A program made the position numbers and the translations under genes. Positions 40,851 through 41,132 of a DNA stretch of 41,132 nucleotides are shown piece by piece. Source of the DNA: Candidatus Woesearchaeota archaeon (GTDB lineage: Archaea; Nanobdellota; Nanobdellia; Pacearchaeales; GW2011-AR1); NCBI GenBank assembly GCA_964622565.1, contig CAZUQL010000001.1:1-41132 (forward strand), read 5' to 3'. Within the stretch, counting starts at the first letter, position 1; each line of letters begins with the position of its first letter. The notes beneath the pieces were generated by a model that had not been told where the DNA came from, searched no databases, and saw only the letters and a list, made by a program, of their open reading frames with translations.

Positions 40851-41132
40851 ATGGATTTACCAACTGATATGCAGCACCAAGCAATGGGATATGATAGAAC
40901 AGCTACGATGTTCTCTCCAGAGGGACATTTACTTCAAGTAGAATATGCTGAAAAAACTGTTCGTTTAGGTAGCTCAAGTGTGGGAATGGTTTGTATAGAT
41001 GGAGTTTTTATTTTAGCAGACAAGAGAACTAAGGATCGGTTAATTGTTAAAAAATCAGCAACAAAAATTCATGAAATTGATTCACATGTAATTGCAAGTT
41101 CTGCAGGAATTACTTCTGATGCAAGAATTTTA
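40851..41132 (+). CDS. psmA: Proteasome alpha subunit (5' part; runs off the window)
   Basis: Absent from the track because it has no stop. The ATG at 40851 gives MDLPTDMQHQAMGYDRTATMFSPEGHLLQVEYAEKTVRLGSSSVGMVCIDGVFILADKR..., which contains the alpha-subunit signature YDR..T.FSPEGRL.QVEYA. Confidence 0.9.
   Translation, partial: MDLPTDMQHQAMGYDRTATMFSPEGHLLQVEYAEKTVRLGSSSVGMVCIDGVFILADKRTKDRLIVKKSATKIHEIDSHVIASSAGITSDARIL

Noticed and set aside
1-41132. CRISPR arrays, cas genes, transposases/IS elements, prophage genes, rRNA, and classic toxin-antitoxin or restriction-modification systems.
   Set aside because: I saw no regularly spaced direct repeats, no recognisable Cas, transposase, integrase or capsid motifs, and no rRNA-like conserved stretches on either strand. 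The P-loop protein at 2160-2696 sits inside a metabolic operon and has no antitoxin-like partner.

Overview
This window is an AT-rich, very compact archaeal chromosome segment. The archaeal assignment rests on aIF5B, archaeal-type GluRS, RtcB with archease, Pop5 next to proteasome alpha, RNase J, and class-III-signal-peptide pilins. Small genes, many 4-nt ATGA stop/start overlaps and apparently truncated core genes suggest a reduced, DPANN-like lifestyle, but that is inference.

Most content is housekeeping: 2-oxoacid:ferredoxin oxidoreductase, TrxB, ArgS, a MiaB-type methylthiotransferase, tRNA-Leu(UAA), a U32 peptidase, a TtuA/NcsA-type thiolase, dUTPase, and a partial ABC exporter at the left edge.

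Stretches that deserve a second look:
1. An nrdR-nrdD-nrdG module. It has bacterial-style tandem NrdR boxes over an archaeal promoter. Its class III RNR carries two ATP-cones and a C-terminal thioredoxin-fold (CPNC) domain fused after the glycyl-radical motif.
2. An 11-gene Epd/Tad-like type IV pilus operon with five pilin-like genes, an ATPase, a split platform protein and an unlisted 54-aa ORF. A separate Shine-Dalgarno-led pilin gene lies elsewhere.
3. Two RNA genes absent from the ORF track: an SRP (7S) RNA and an unidentified nested ~150-nt structured RNA. Each has promoter and terminator geometry.
4. A GluRS lacking its anticodon-binding domains and a 98-aa Dph2 N-terminal fragment.
5. 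An eight-gene ATGA-chained operon in which the two oxidoreductase subunits bracket five unrelated enzymes.
6. Several Arg-over-Lys orphan genes, including an orphan receiver-domain cassette.

Across the window a TATA element sits about 24-27 nt upstream of first-gene ATGs, implying leaderless mRNAs. I used this spacing to refine several start codons. No CRISPR array, transposase, integrase or rRNA was seen.
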